DNA from: Pecten maximus
Taxonomy: Eukaryota
Assembly: GCF_902652985.1 (NCBI RefSeq)
Contig: NC_047019.1
Coordinates: forward strand, 24,552,001-24,616,000
Direction of reading: 5' to 3'
DNA length: 64,000 nucleotides
Notes under the pieces: model-generated
Told to the model about the DNA's origin: nothing
The model's input: only the letters and a program-made list of their open reading frames with translations
The model's database searches: none
In this document: positions 51,050 through 64,000 of the stretch, in pieces
Layout of the letters: each line of letters begins with the position of its first letter
Numbering within the stretch: the first letter of the stretch is position 1
Made by a program: the position numbers and the translations under genes

Positions 51050-52340
51050 CACAAGTAAGTTACATCACATTTCGCCCTAGCTGGGATGTAAAATTCCGCC
51101 ACAAAGTTGTGTATAACTGTTTATTCCATAACTACGCGTGTTTCACAACTGATATGGCACGTGATAAAATTCTTAGCAGTGTGTTATTGTTTTTATTTAC
51201 ACACCGCGGTGTGTAACCACTTTCTAAGCCTCCGATTGGTCATTTGTTACCCCCAACGAATCTGATTGGCTAATCTCTGGCCTTCGACCACGGGCTATTT
51301 TTACCACTCTCACTTCCCCCTTGATTTTCGATAGCCATGAACGAATTATCAAAACAATGAACAAATGTATTACAAAATGATTAAATCGCTGTCCCTAATC
51401 GTAGTTATTTGAATGAAACCGTCGCGGCAACTAACGTAGGCCTACGCCTAGAACTTCCCTTTCCCTGGTACAGTAGTAGCTATATATAAGTTTCGGTACC
51501 ATTCGGTACGGATATTGTACAAACAGAAAACAAAATCAACGAATAAACACTTTATTATCATTCCACGTACCTTTATTACGAATATATATCCGAAACACAA
51601 TAATGTAAAAATCATTTTGGAACATTTGTCTCGTGTCAGTAAACTGATGAGATTTCGTGTAAACACGCTGACAAACGTGAAATACATATTGCTCAGCACT
51701 CCAGCTCGGTTTCTGAAATACTGTTGAAATGCATGGTGTCTTGAATGAATAAATCCCAGAATGAACATTAAACATCACAATAACCAGTTATATCAAACCC
51801 ACGAATACAGGAAAGGACCGATAATCGAATCTGACAATGATGAGTCTAATATTCAGCGGTGACGTTCGACTTCGCGATGACGGTGTCGTCTTCGAAAAAT
51901 GTGAGCGGAGTCATTTAAACAAGTTACCTATTTATAAATCACACATACACAAGGATTGCCAAACTAATATTTCGCTTTGTAAAATTATATCATTTACGAA
52001 TATAGTACAGACGATATGAGTCGTATATCTATAATAGATAGCTTTCGTGCATAACGAACTATATTTTGTCGCGTAGTGATTTAGGTTCATAGAATTTAGT
52101 TGCTACGTTGGGAGAATTTGAACTCGACAAGCTTATATTTGTAAGTAAAGAAGTTATGGGATAAACAAGTTCGCCGACTCGTGCAGATTGTTTATCATTT
52201 TTGTCCAACTCTCGTTAGTTAATTTTCTTATTTTGAAAAGATTCTCGCTAAAGCTCGTGTCTTTTCAAAATTAGCAAATTAACTTACTCGAGTTGGATAA
52301 AAATAATACACAATCTCAACTGGTTTGGGAACCTCTATAT
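51050..52340. mobile_element. Palindromic non-autonomous element (Crypton-like) with terminal hairpin at 52190-52312
   Basis: Arms tccaactc..agttaattt..attttgaaaaga / tcttttcaaaat..aaattaact..gagttgga around ctcgctaaagctcg. The left part has tacacaccgcggtgtgta and gattgg motifs. Left boundary uncertain. Confidence 0.5.
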
Positions 52341-53733
52341 AACAGATAAACTCACTGACATAACAAAAAAAAAGTCAAAGCATTTATACACAACATCAAA
52401 GTAATGTATATTGAATGGCAAGTAGGTGGGTTAATAAAATTGACTAACAGGCACTAAATTAATGAAAACCTGATGACGATCAAATTTGCGTAAACAAAGT
52501 ATTTCTCTTTACCTTGTTATGATTGGCATGCGTCAAAGGCTGTAAAAGTGAGCTATGCTTTTAGACATATCAGATTAACCAGAATTATACTCTTTGTTTA
52601 CAAATAATCTCATGTTAAAGATGCTTCAATAACCTTTATTTATGTTATGACTATTGTGAAACAAGAAATATCAACTTATATTAATCACCTATCGTAGGTG
52701 TAAATCATCATAACTGCGAAACTCTACCACTCTTACTATAGTACTCCGTATTACTCCTGCCTGTAGCATTTGTGATTTTCAGCACAAGAAATATGCTTTT
52801 TGTTTATTTTGTTTTGTTTTTGTTTCGTATGTTTCATTATGTTTATAACGACCGCCTTTGTTAAGCACCTTTTTACTTCAACCGTGGTTTGCGAAAAAAA
52901 AAACATCAATCAAAACAAGTACTTCTCGAGTGAATCATGTAGTAAAATGAAACATTGTTATTAGACGGAACATCATTATGGTTGTTTGTTTGAAAAATAA
53001 AAAAAAATCTTTCAACCGTTTAATACTGTGATAAGATGTCTTTCTTAAGAAAAATGAACTATGCATTTCATATTCTTATCCAGAGAAAAGTCAATGCAAA
53101 AGTATTATGTTCTAGCTAACAGCTTTAACCTGTTTCAAAATTCTCATGTTAGCTAAAGGCAGATGATGATCCGATAGTTCACTATCAGTACCCAAACATG
53201 TGATCACGTCAATACACACAGTTATATGTCATAGCGTTCTATAACGTTTTATACAATACTTGCATATATATCAAAAGATAATGATTGTTTGTGGGATTTG
53301 TGCGAAACCCTGCCCGGTCCTATACGACCTTGACATACCAATCCGAGCAGCCAGAGTTCCGCGAACTGTCATTGGTCAATCATTGTTTATTGTGAAAATT
53401 GTAATTGTGGCGGAATCGGTTTTTAATAAGTTATTAAATTAGGAATTTTACCCCTTTGTTTGGTCGTGTCATTGTATTAGCCATGTAGGGGAAATAGTTT
53501 GTTACCTTTTGGTTCCATTTTGTTGTGCCGGGTGTTATTATGGCCATATAATCCCGGTATTTTGTTGCAGTGCGCTTGTCGCCTGTTTGTTAAGTCTACT
53601 TCGCCGCCATGCTGGCGGAAGTGGTCTTATTTGTAAGGCCGTTTCTGATTGGTCATCTGGTTACCCGGGGACCAATCGTTTGACTTGTAGGATTTGTTTA
53701 TGGTATCACTAGGTTAGAAACTATTCTCGTCGG

Positions 53734-53764
53734 TATATAAAGCTTTGTCGACCCGGGGTCAGTT
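53734..53764 (+). promoter_or_regulatory. TATA + Inr core promoter inside the putative LTR
   Basis: TATATAAA at 53734-53741; TCAGTT with the +1 A at 53761 (27-nt spacing); cag|gtgagg donor-like site at ~53801. Confidence 0.55.
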
Positions 53765-54250
53765 CTCTCTATACTTCTAGACCGCTTCTGTAGTCATACA
53801 GGTGAGGACAGCCTCCCTAATTTACCGTCCAGTCAGCGGGATGTAGTTAAGTATTTGATAGTTAGCTATGTAGTAGGTATACCGTTCCGTCAGCGGAATG
53901 TTGGGCTCTTTCTCTATTGGTTAGCTTACTTCCGGGCTGGGGGTGGTTTGTCATTATGCTCTCGTAGCTACCTTTCGTTCCGTCAGCGGAATGCGGCAGC
54001 TTTGTTTATCTATACCTTAGTGTTAGTTTGTCAGTTACAGCATGTTCCAATATCTAATTAGGACTACCTATCGTTCCGTCAGCGGAATGTAGTAGCTTCA
54101 CTTGTAAAAACGTTGTAGGCTGTTGACAGTTTCAGTATGCTATAGTTTCATTTATATGTAGGGTTGTTGTTGTAGTTTGGGAGGTTGGGTGGTTTTTATA
54201 CATACACGTCTGCCCTTGCTGAGACAATGCAAGGTAGACAACTTTATACA

Positions 54251-54283
<33 letters not shown>
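54251..54283 (+). repeat. Poly-G tract (about 33 nt)
   Basis: Direct inspection; G-quadruplex-capable. Confidence 0.95.
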
Positions 54284-54284
<1 letters not shown>

Positions 54285-54896
54285 GGACTTTATGTTAGCA
54301 TATCTGTAGCTATATTTGTTAGTAATGTTTATCCAGGGCACACCAGTTATTGCCATAAGATAGAATTATCATTCCTAAGTATAATGTAAACAGCAGTGTG
54401 TAGTTTTAGTTGTTTAAATTCTGTTGTTCATTTACATTTGTATATATTCCTGGTGATAATGGGCACATGCCCTATTGGATATGGATTAGGCCCCTACAGC
54501 TAGCTACTTCATTGTACATATTTCATATATCATCTTTATCTTAATAAACTTGTTAAATTTACTATACTCTTGTAGTCATCATTTCACGTCTATGCCATTG
54601 GCAAATTGAACCGGGGTGTGGTAGCGGCAGTACATGACTGGGTGTCACCAGTTGAAACCATTTGACATTCCAATCAGAACACAACGCGAGTCGAGGTGAC
54701 ATCCTCTCGTGGCATTGCTCACTGCCCTACTACATAATAATAAATCTTGATATATTGTACTTCCCAATAGAAACTGGTAATCTAGCATTTTATCAAAATT
54801 ACTAGCAATACAGTTTCAAAGAAAGCTTTCATATCATATACTGGCTGAACAAAGGAATGCAAGTTCGGTGTTTCTGATATGACTTTTAGACACCTG

Positions 54897-55436
54897 GGTA
54901 TCGTTTCACAAAGCTTCGTAACTTAACTTCGTAAATATTTACGAAAAACTTACGCAAAACTTACGAAGTTCGTAAGTGCGTTTCACAAAGGTGTTCGTAA
55001 CATTTTTCGTATCTTACGTCAAAATCGTACGTTCTCCCGGTAAAAATATACCACTCTCTAACTTGGAGGTAAAAAAGGGCGATACTTTTGAGGTGAAAAT
55101 TGTAAGCCGGTCCTTTTCCCGAGTCACGTACATAGACTAGGAACTTTAATGTGTTCCTTCAAAATAACCGTATTGTTGATAGAAGATCTTTTTTTTTTTT
55201 ATAAAATTCCAATTTAATATTTTTCATCATGCGGTAACACAAACAGTAACAACGACATCATTTTCTGTTCAAAAGGGCATGCTTGCGCACGATTTTAAAC
55301 TGTTTTAAGTTACGACAGGTTGGATATGGCGTCAAGTTACGCAAGGATTTTGCGTAACTTACGAACGTTCGCTTAGTAATTCGTAAATGTGACTTACGCA
55401 AAATGCGTAAGTTACGAAGCTTTGTGAAACGATACC
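54897..55436. mobile_element. 540-bp PIF/Harbinger-type MITE nested in the Tc1 5' region
   Basis: Perfect 29-bp TIR ggtatcgtttcacaaagcttcgtaactta; 3-bp TSD ctg/ttg; dense subterminal TTACG/CGTAA motifs at both ends. Confidence 0.9.
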
Positions 55437-55663
55437 TTGGTCTAAATTCAATTAAATTTCACACTCCATGCACTTTTAATATGTTCTTCAGTTAAAATTC
55501 AGTCGACCGTGACCCCGCTCGAAGCTGCATTCTTTCAGCGGAATTTTTCAAGTAAGCGTTCATCCGGGGTACTCTTGCACAACATTTGCTGGTAAATCAT
55601 CGAGCATAAGATCAATTCAGATCAATTACACATAATTTCTTTTCGAAGCGATTGCACAGCGAA

Positions 55664-56610
55664 ATGCCGCGTTTGAATAAAATACTTAGGGGTAGGGTCA
55701 TTGCTCTGATAGTGCAGTGACATTCGCATCGTCATGTAGCTCAGCAATATGGTGTACATGAGACAGGAATAACCGTTTAGTTGGACGTCTCAGAGTCACA
55801 GGGAGATTGGATGACCGTTCCTGGTGCGGACCTTCGCGCATTACGTCACGACGCCAAGATAGAGGCATACGTCTCTCGCATTTCCGTAACCGATTTCATT
55901 CGGCGTCGAAGATGGCATATCAAGTTGTCGGCACTCATGGCCGGCCATTGTGTCCAAGAATGGTCAGTAATCGATTGCAGGCCAACGTCGAAGGCAGTGG
56001 CTGCTTGCACATGCATCTTATCGGTTTCGTTTGGCCAATGGGAGATGCATGTTGTTCGACGAGTCCCGCTTTAGCTTTACAGATCAGATAATCACAACTT
56101 GTCAGTCGACGGTGTGGTTAGATATATTCTGACCCTTGCATGATGGAAAGAGACACATTCGGAGGAGGATTTGTTAATGTATTGGCAGGGATATCCGAAG
56201 GATCTCGTGGCTATCGATGGTAATCTTACAGCAGTAATGTGATATCGGGATCAGGTCCTAAGACCACACGTTTTTCCTCTTATTCATCAACGTAACCTCA
56301 CGTTGCAACCTGATAACGCAATCCCCCATTATGCTAGGGTTTGTCGTAGCTTTTTAGCTCAAGACAACGTTTCAGATCTTGATTTGCCACCCAACATTCC
56401 AGATATGCCCCCAATCGAGCATTTGTTGGACGGGCTAGACAAGGGTTTGGGAAGCGCGTCAACGTCCCATATAACGTCGCTCAACTCGCGCAAGCACTTA
56501 TTCATGAGTAGAAAAATATTCCTGAAAGGGCAATAAACACCTTGATGGCTTTAATTTTAAGGAAAGTCAGAGCAGCGACTGGTCCAAGGGAAGGGCACAC
56601 ACAATACTGA
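55664..56610 (+). pseudogene. Tc1 transposase pseudogene
   Basis: MPRL..R.RVI start, DDR...GPSRITSRRQDR.IR linker, LFDESRF (first D), FGGG.V.V, DGNLTA, QPDNAIPH-(34 aa)-PDMPPIEH (D34E), and GHTQY* end. Several stops and frameshifts. Confidence 0.93.
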
Positions 56611-58289
56611 CACGATAGGACAACAGAAATCACCAAAACAAGTAATGATAAAATAATTGAGAAACCCACACCTTGAACCCATCATCAAACTATCATGTAA
56701 AATAATAGCTATTGAAAAGAAACTTGTGTTTCTTTTTTCCGCTGGTATACATACTCTGCTATAGTATCTAATAGATCAATTGAACATAATACCACATAAA
56801 GGGACGCTTAATGTCATCAAAGGTGATCAATGTGATGTCACCTGCTGAATTGTGTCTTTTTTAAGGAACATTGAAATGCAATGTGAGCTACATGATACAG
56901 AAACACTATAATAACCTCTCTTTATCGTTCTTCCCTTCTCATAATCGATGCCATGACACACTTTGGGAAATATTCGATTCCCTTACAATACGGATGTCAA
57001 CCGTTTAGATTATGCATATAAGTGGGCTTTACAGTTTCGTTTACACGACCTGATTTTTTCTTTAAAAATCTGATGAATATCATTTGTACTGGACTTTACT
57101 TTGAATGACCTGACAAATGACATCGATAACACATAAGAGATAAACGTCCACCGGACCAGCAGTGTTGATTTTTCTTATCTTTGTATTTGAATTTTATCTA
57201 TGTTTCTATTTCCATCTTTTCTTTATTCACTTCATGTTGGTGTTGTAAGTATAAAGTACAAATTAAGGTTAAGACCGAAGTATTCCTCGTGTTTAAAGAC
57301 AACACAGACCACCAATTAACCGCTATAATCACTATCCCATTTCAACAAGGTCGTTGGATAGCACAATGCCAAACCAAAACACGTTATTACGACTCCTATG
57401 AATAGCAAGCAAACGTAGACCGAGGCATTACAATTGCTTCCGAAACCAATTTGGTATTATTACATGGCGAACCTCGTAATTTGTCATGAAATATATTAAA
57501 TTAACCATAAAATACGAAAACAAATCTGTTAGGAAATACGTCATCATTGTCTATTTATATTTTAACGTCTTACGCTTAGTGTATTTTACATTCAACGTGT
57601 AAATATGTGATTTCCGTCCTTAACTTGCGACTCCGACCTATAGTTTTCGGCTGATTAATAACACTTTACAAATGAAACATTGTAAAGCAGTATCTAAAAA
57701 TAAAATGCGATATTCGAATTTAATAGTCAAGTCCACAATCTTATAGATAGGAAATCAGTTTATTCGCGAATGAAGGTTTGACTGTCTGAACTCAAATTAT
57801 CTAGCATGATTCAAATGTTTAACTAATAATTGTTCCAACAACGACAAAATCATTCTGACTACAAAACAATCAATGCTATACACAAGCAGAAACAAAGAAG
57901 TATTTGAATCAGCCAGTATATCAGTATAACATTCCCCTTTCCCGAGCTATGTCAAATATCACTGTCTATAATGTATTTAAACATAAGTTATAACATGTAT
58001 TAATATAAAGTGTATTTGAAATAGATAATTTAAAAATAAAAAAAACGCAAGAAATTTACAGAAAATGTGACTACAGAGGCTATATGTTGATATTTTGAGT
58101 TATTAAGTCAGATATAAAGAGACTTTCAAAATAACAAAATATATAATTCAAAATTTTGAAATAGAAAAAGCTCAGTAAGCACTATCCACTCCTGTATTTT
58201 TATATCTTTTTTTGCTAGTAACTTTCATGCTTTTGTATTAATATTTTGGTTTAATTTTCTTTTGGTGTTTTACTCTTCTATAGAATCAG

Positions 58290-58640
58290 TGGATATCACC
58301 ATATAAATGATTGTGTCCGCACGTCAAATACGAGAGTATGATGGTGTTATGGAATTGAACAAGTGACTGACCTTTGCGTATTTGATTATTTACACTCACC
58401 CCTTGGTATTGCCTCTATTAGGTTTTGATGACTATATGATTATACTTTCCGGAGATGCATGTGTTTTTATTCAACAGTGTTATGGTTGTCCATGTTTATT
58501 TCAATATGGTAGCATGGTCCGGATGTCTTTATTTCAGAGCGGTTCGTAAGGAACTTCCTAGTTACTATCAAATATTGTTCCGTTTCTTAGGCAGCATTTT
58601 GATTGAGAAATATTGCAATACAAGTATTTACCAACTTTAT
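58290..58640 (-). mobile_element. Possible decayed LINE RT relic
   Basis: Minus-strand RKFLTNRS followed by a degenerate G..QG-like segment (cf. FL.NR.Q.V ... GVPQGS). Confidence 0.25.
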
Positions 58641-61600
58641 GACCAATGATGCAACGACACAAATCAATGCCATGTTGACAAGCTCTGCGATTATTTCATT
58701 TCGCCCTGCGGTACACTTGTTTTAAATATTGCATTACTTTATATATGTTTTTGATGCATAAAATGCAAAATAACAGTGTAGCTAGTACAACAAATTCCGT
58801 CTTAACAGGTACACAGGTGCATGTTCAAGGCCATCCGCCTTTTGTCGGGAATCACAGACAGGATATGAAACAAGGCTGAGTAGTTTATCAACAAAAACTA
58901 AACATTTAACAGTTCGTGTATTACCGATAATTGTCTTGGCCGGAGGGACGCCTTAGCCAAATGTATATCTAAACCGTTATGGATTATAATCGTGGGTTGT
59001 ATCATGACTGACACACCTACACTGCCATTAAAATGGAATTGAATAAGATAAATCACGGTTGCATCGTAGGTGTGATAGAAATATTCGCAAACACAGAACG
59101 ACCTCACATATTTTGTAAAGATCACAATACACATTTCGGATGGTTTATATATGCTAAAACCTTTCTACAGAAAATATTAACCGAATCGTGAAAGTTTATA
59201 CTTATGGATAAGGTCATTCTCCCCAGATATTTCTCTGTTCTCATTAGTAATCATGCTAACTGAACACTCGGACTAATTGATAAAGAACACCATTTGATGA
59301 AGAGTCACGCAAATGTTATCACAATAACCCACGCGCTTCAGTATTGCTATAACTGATTTGGTAAACTATGGTACATTAACACCACGATGGTTGTTCGTTA
59401 TCATTTCTAAGAATAATTAAATAATTTGAATGCTACATCTCCGCCTCATGTCAAATCATACAATTATTAAATGTGTTTCTAAGATACATCATTAAATATT
59501 CAAGTTTATGTACAGTTCAAACATTATTAATGAACGACCCACACGTGCAAGTTTTATCTTGGTATCCTGCCGATAAGGCTGTCAATCAAGTCGTGCCTCG
59601 GGCCATTGAGGACCCATTACAAGCGAGGTGGCACTAAGTTGAGATGTCTTATCTACTGTGCAGATCTCCGATAGCTATTTCTTAAATTGTCAAGCAGCCG
59701 GACATTATTGCATCAATTACGCTATGTTTGTTTTTTTAACATTGTTGTCGGAAGATTGTATGTGGATAGCGATGCGCAACACGTATAAATATACAAAAAT
59801 ATCTGCTGGTTATTGACAAGCATTTCGCCATTCAGTAATTAATGTGATTTTTAAGATACGACAATAATACATTATTGATGAATTGTTAACGGGACAGTTT
59901 GAGCTATAAGTGTTGATTCAGTTCTTTGCATGTGTTGTTCTCGTTTGCTTGTTTGTTTTTTTTTTTTTTTTCATCGTATCAGTAATGTTGATACGTGTTA
60001 TTACTATTTCATTAAAAGGATATGAGTCAATATTTTCGTGATTCACATTCATAATGAAATTCTAGTTGAATAATTTGATTTACCATTTGTACCCGATACA
60101 TAGTCTGAATATCATAGTATTATGAGAATGTGACAAACAATTTGAAATAACGACTTAATTATCGATGTTACTTTGAATCGAGATGCATATCCTCAACTGG
60201 CTTTCTTGGAAGATTTTTCAAATTATGTAAAGCGTGATTGGCATGGATAAGTTGAAATGGTAGATAATGTCAGTTGCGGAGTGGACCATTTACGGAAATG
60301 TCAAGAAAACCATGGCACTTGTTTGTATTAAATGTTCCTTAAGCATATCGAATTATATTTGTGCGAAGGATGTTTTGATATGGTAATTAAACGATTTCAT
60401 ATTTTAGTCTGTTTTCTCTCTTTAGACATCTGATTTATGCAATACAATTTCATTTGATTACATATATTATGTAAATTTAAATTTAGACTGCCAATGAATA
60501 TATATCGTTGACTGTGAATGTGATATGTATTTAGTTGTCATCCCAAACTGTCTTGGTATACTACTAGTAACTATGACCATATGCTATATAATGAGGATTC
60601 CTTACAGATAAAATATCTTGACAATAAGACGGCCTAGAACATACGCCGTTAACGTTCTACCAAGCCATAGGACAGTATCTACAGCTTGGCATGGTTTTGT
60701 AAACAATGCAATTGGACAAAGTGTCCATCAGGGCTGGGGAGTCTGAGAAGTTGACATCTGAAAACATTTAAGATACACGCTGTATACGTATGGTGTAAAT
60801 CACATTAAAAAGTGGATTCGATGACGACACAATTAATACTTTTTTAGCATTTTATTTCTTATTTTAAGTTTATGATTGTTTAGATAATGTCATGGTTTCA
60901 ATGACCGGTCTACCATCCATTGAAATGGGAAATTTTGATTTTTCGTCGACTTAGGCGATATGATAAATTGTACTATGACCATGCTCCATGTCTTCCTGCG
61001 CTAGGGATCTCTGGAACGATTTTGATTATCGACGACTTGCTCGAGTTTATAGAATGCATGAGCTAACTTTTGAGGCCAATTATTTATTGAAATATTCATA
61101 CTGTATTTATCAATTTATCAATTCAAAAGTTTAAATTCAATTCCGCATTTATATATATATAAAATGTATATATTTCTATCTATTTCGAGTAATACGCATC
61201 CAGCAAACATCTTGCTGTAAGGATCCAGTACCTATATTGGTCCATACTGTCGTTGTTACTTACTAGGCCCTATACATTTCTTCCATATATATATACTATA
61301 TTTCATCCACATATATAATATCTTTATATAACATGCATTTCAGACGACATCCTTAACGTTGAACGTCCAACACTGTCAACAGCCATATCCTTAAAATAAG
61401 CAATTCTCGAAAATAAGCCATGAACACCTTACTAAAAAGAATGCAAATCGCGGCTTTATAAAGTTAGTACATGTATTAGGACTTTAGGACTATCCTTGTT
61501 AGAAGCTCACACACATAGCTCTTCATTATCTTCGACATTTGATGAATGTCGCCTTCATTTAGGCCTACAAGATTTACTACTAGGCTCATGCACCCATAAC

Positions 61601-62299
61601 CATACGATACGCATAGTTGACTATCATTTCTTGCCAAGGCTTCTGGTCCTGTGAAACACAAAGAATAATTTGAGATGACCCCAAATATAGTTCCCATTCA
61701 CACCTCACTTCGAAATCCGTCAGTTAATCGAAATGTCTAAACAGGCGGTTAATTACGTACATCTCGAGCACGTTAATAACAACCGATAACCGTCAAAATG
61801 GCGATTCAATCTACATGATCCGGGTGTCGAAAATGTATGATTTATCATGCTTTAATTTGAATGAAAATCTGCAGAAGACACAAAAGGTTTTAGGAAATAT
61901 AAATACACACGTTGAACTACCTTGCTTTATTGAATGACAGCTGAGTATAACTAAGTGTAACTGAACCATAGGAAAACAGTCCAATTCTGAAGGAGTTGCA
62001 CAGCTAGTAGTAGTATGAAACATTTTCATTTTCATTAAATTGACTCCGACAAGAAAATGTGACGTGACAGTTGATCCAAAATCTTATATTGCGCCTAATA
62101 ATTGATTAGCAACACAATTTTTCAGATATGCAGGTTGATGAAGACCATGGATCTTTCTTTCTTTCTTTTTTTCAAGATCGTTTTAGTCTCCTCACAGTAT
62201 ATGACGTAAGACGTAGTTGATGCTTGTTGATGTACCGAGTGGTTCTGTTTTCACATCCTAAATTTCATTTGAGATTGTGACTTTATTCCTTATAAAGAC

Positions 62300-62370
62300 T
62301 GTTATGGCGGGTGCCTTCGATGCAGCGGAAGAAGCTTACTCTTCCGAAGCACCAGGTCTTTTTACTTTTA
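62300..62370 (+). mobile_element. Penelope-type 3' end relic
   Basis: tggcgggtgcc...gcagcggaagaagcttactcttccgaagcaccaggtc resembles the motif at 45850-45900. Confidence 0.55.
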
Positions 62371-62509
62371 GTAGAGTTATCATGAAAATTGATATTCTTG
62401 TTTATAACTTGCACTCGTTTGACTAATTTCGGTTTTAATTATTGTTTCGTTATTATGTCGATATTCTTTGTTAATTGCGAATCACCTTAGGAGATTTTAT
62501 TTTCCAATC

Positions 62510-62820
62510 AAAATTTTTGAATGCATGTCGTAGAGTATTCACAACTGGACGTATGCGACTTGGCATGTTTATCCAATGATATTCCAATTGCTCTCAGCGA
62601 CTGGCAAATTGCCTGGTTTGCATTGAAAACGAGTCGCAACAAGAATAACGCTTTCCACGTTTTCCACATCAAATTAATCTGTCTCTCTTGCGTTGTGATA
62701 CATTCTTTCGTTTGTTCTTTCATCTGGTGACACCTCGACACAATTATAAAACTCAGGCTGTTTTTAAGGACGTCATGCAATGTTCATTACTCAGTAACGA
62801 ACCTGACGTCTAGTTTCGAG
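62510..62820 (-). mobile_element. Possible relic of the C-terminal restriction-like endonuclease of an R2/HERO-type non-LTR element
   Basis: EQTKE...ER...L.WKTW..F......QSLRAIGI resembles the C-terminus of RLE-type retrotransposon ORFs. Confidence 0.35.
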
Positions 62821-64000
62821 CTTCAATTGCGATTATGGTCACGTATTGAAAGTCTAGCAGCAGTTATGAACATTTCATTGTTCTAATTCATGCTTAAAAT
62901 TCGATTATTAATAAAACCTTACTGAAATGATATTTTCTTAATTTTATTATGTCATATATTTGTTATAAATTTAATTGTCATACCGATCGATCTCATGGTG
63001 ATAACTTCTTCGCGCAATACTACATCTGCCTTTTGTGCACCATCCTTTGAAATTGCAGGAAGTACACTACGGGCGGACTTTAGTCCTCGATGTTTGCGTA
63101 TCTTTGATTCATTTTAATAGTGACACGATTCAGAATATACACATTCAATCCTATATTAATAGTTATGAAATTTAATTATAGCGATCAATGTTGGCATTAC
63201 TGTCAACCTGTTCTAGTCTCCTCTTGGGTAATACCATTTTTGGTCCTAAGCGTCACTGATAAGTCCCTCCCGGAAGGAATGTATGATATAGTTTGTTTCA
63301 TTTTCGGCTTTACTGAATCTAACTCTAAATTTGTAAAGAAGGTGCTAGTATCTTTTGTAGAATCATTTGTTAGTGTATGCTTCGGATTGAAATAAACATA
63401 TCTTTTTCAAACCTAAAGCGACATTGAAAACTGTGATTGAACAACCTACATAGAACGAATGAAAGAGTGGTGATGACGTAAGAAAGTAAATTCGTTACAT
63501 CCATATTGAGCATGAAACTCTAGCGGGGTTTATGTAATGAGGACCTAACCGATTTGCTTTCATGCCGACTCCTTTTAAATCCTAGGATATCAAAGAGTTA
63601 CAGAATATATAATCTCGAATCATACACATTTAGGCTTGTATACTAAATGTCAACGTTTATATGTTAAAGATTCACTTTTTTTTCTAATAACGAAAAACGG
63701 AAAGTTTGTATACCGTGTTCGGGGCTTTTGTTGTAACACCCACATCTACCTAATTAATTTCAATATGATCAGAAGATTTATTTTAGAAATTTGATTTATT
63801 GCAATTGTACATCCTAATCTTATCACTAATTATTTCTAAGGTTGCACATAACACAGCGGGGAGTAAACACTGGCAGCTTTGTGTGATATAAAATGGCACA
63901 TCATTCGTTTGAAATAAAACCTTGGATTCCAGTTTGATTGTCATTGCGAATGTCAAAACAACAAAATATGTCTAGACTTATAAGATGCATGGATGTTTGA

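Larger units (their letters stand above)
53400..54650 (+). mobile_element. Probable solo LTR (Gypsy/BEL-type); boundaries approximate
   Basis: More GC-rich island with ordered ATTGG/CCAAT motifs, TATATAAA (53734), TCAGTT initiator (53759) and AATAAA (54543) near its end. TG.. starts are available at 53391 or 53406; no internal gag/pol and no unambiguous TSD. Confidence 0.6.
54841..56745 (+). mobile_element. Decayed Tc1 (DD34E) DNA transposon
   Basis: Diverged TIRs ctggctgaacaaaggaatgcaagtt (54841-) / aacttgtgtttcttttttccgctgg (-56745), about 18/25 matching, each flanked by TATA. Encloses a transposase pseudogene. Confidence 0.8.

Noticed and set aside
63245-63290. Hammerhead ribozyme-like gcgtcactgataagtc motif
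   Set aside because: The core deviates from CUGAUGA and there is no properly placed GAAA or stem II.

Overview
AT-rich, intron/intergenic-type animal DNA. The repeat families (Meta- and V-type tRNA SINEs, bivalve-type Penelope RT relics, mollusc-type 5S fragments) and the one gene point to a bivalve mollusc, probably a scallop-like species (inference). None of the ORFs in the supplied track looks like a real cellular gene; they are tandem-repeat translations, transposon relics or chance ORFs. The main feature is missing from the ORF track: two short minus-strand exons (17009-16931 and 3682-3641, joined by a 13.2-kb GT-AG intron) splice in frame to MNHRCIWLFAATCCVYLSVNISSVSA-GKCRGRWSIHACLG(G..). 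This is a signal peptide followed directly by a GGNG/GGNamide (excitatory peptide, EP/CCHamide family) neuropeptide; its last coding exon(s) should lie beyond position 1. A 32-bp satellite carrying about 35 CACGTG E-boxes lies 1-3 kb upstream of its ATG. The rest of the window is minisatellites, SINEs, MITEs (including a Harbinger-type MITE nested in a dead Tc1 element), a probable solo LTR with four repeated hairpins, palindromic non-autonomous elements and decayed retroelement fragments. All alignments and counts were done by eye.
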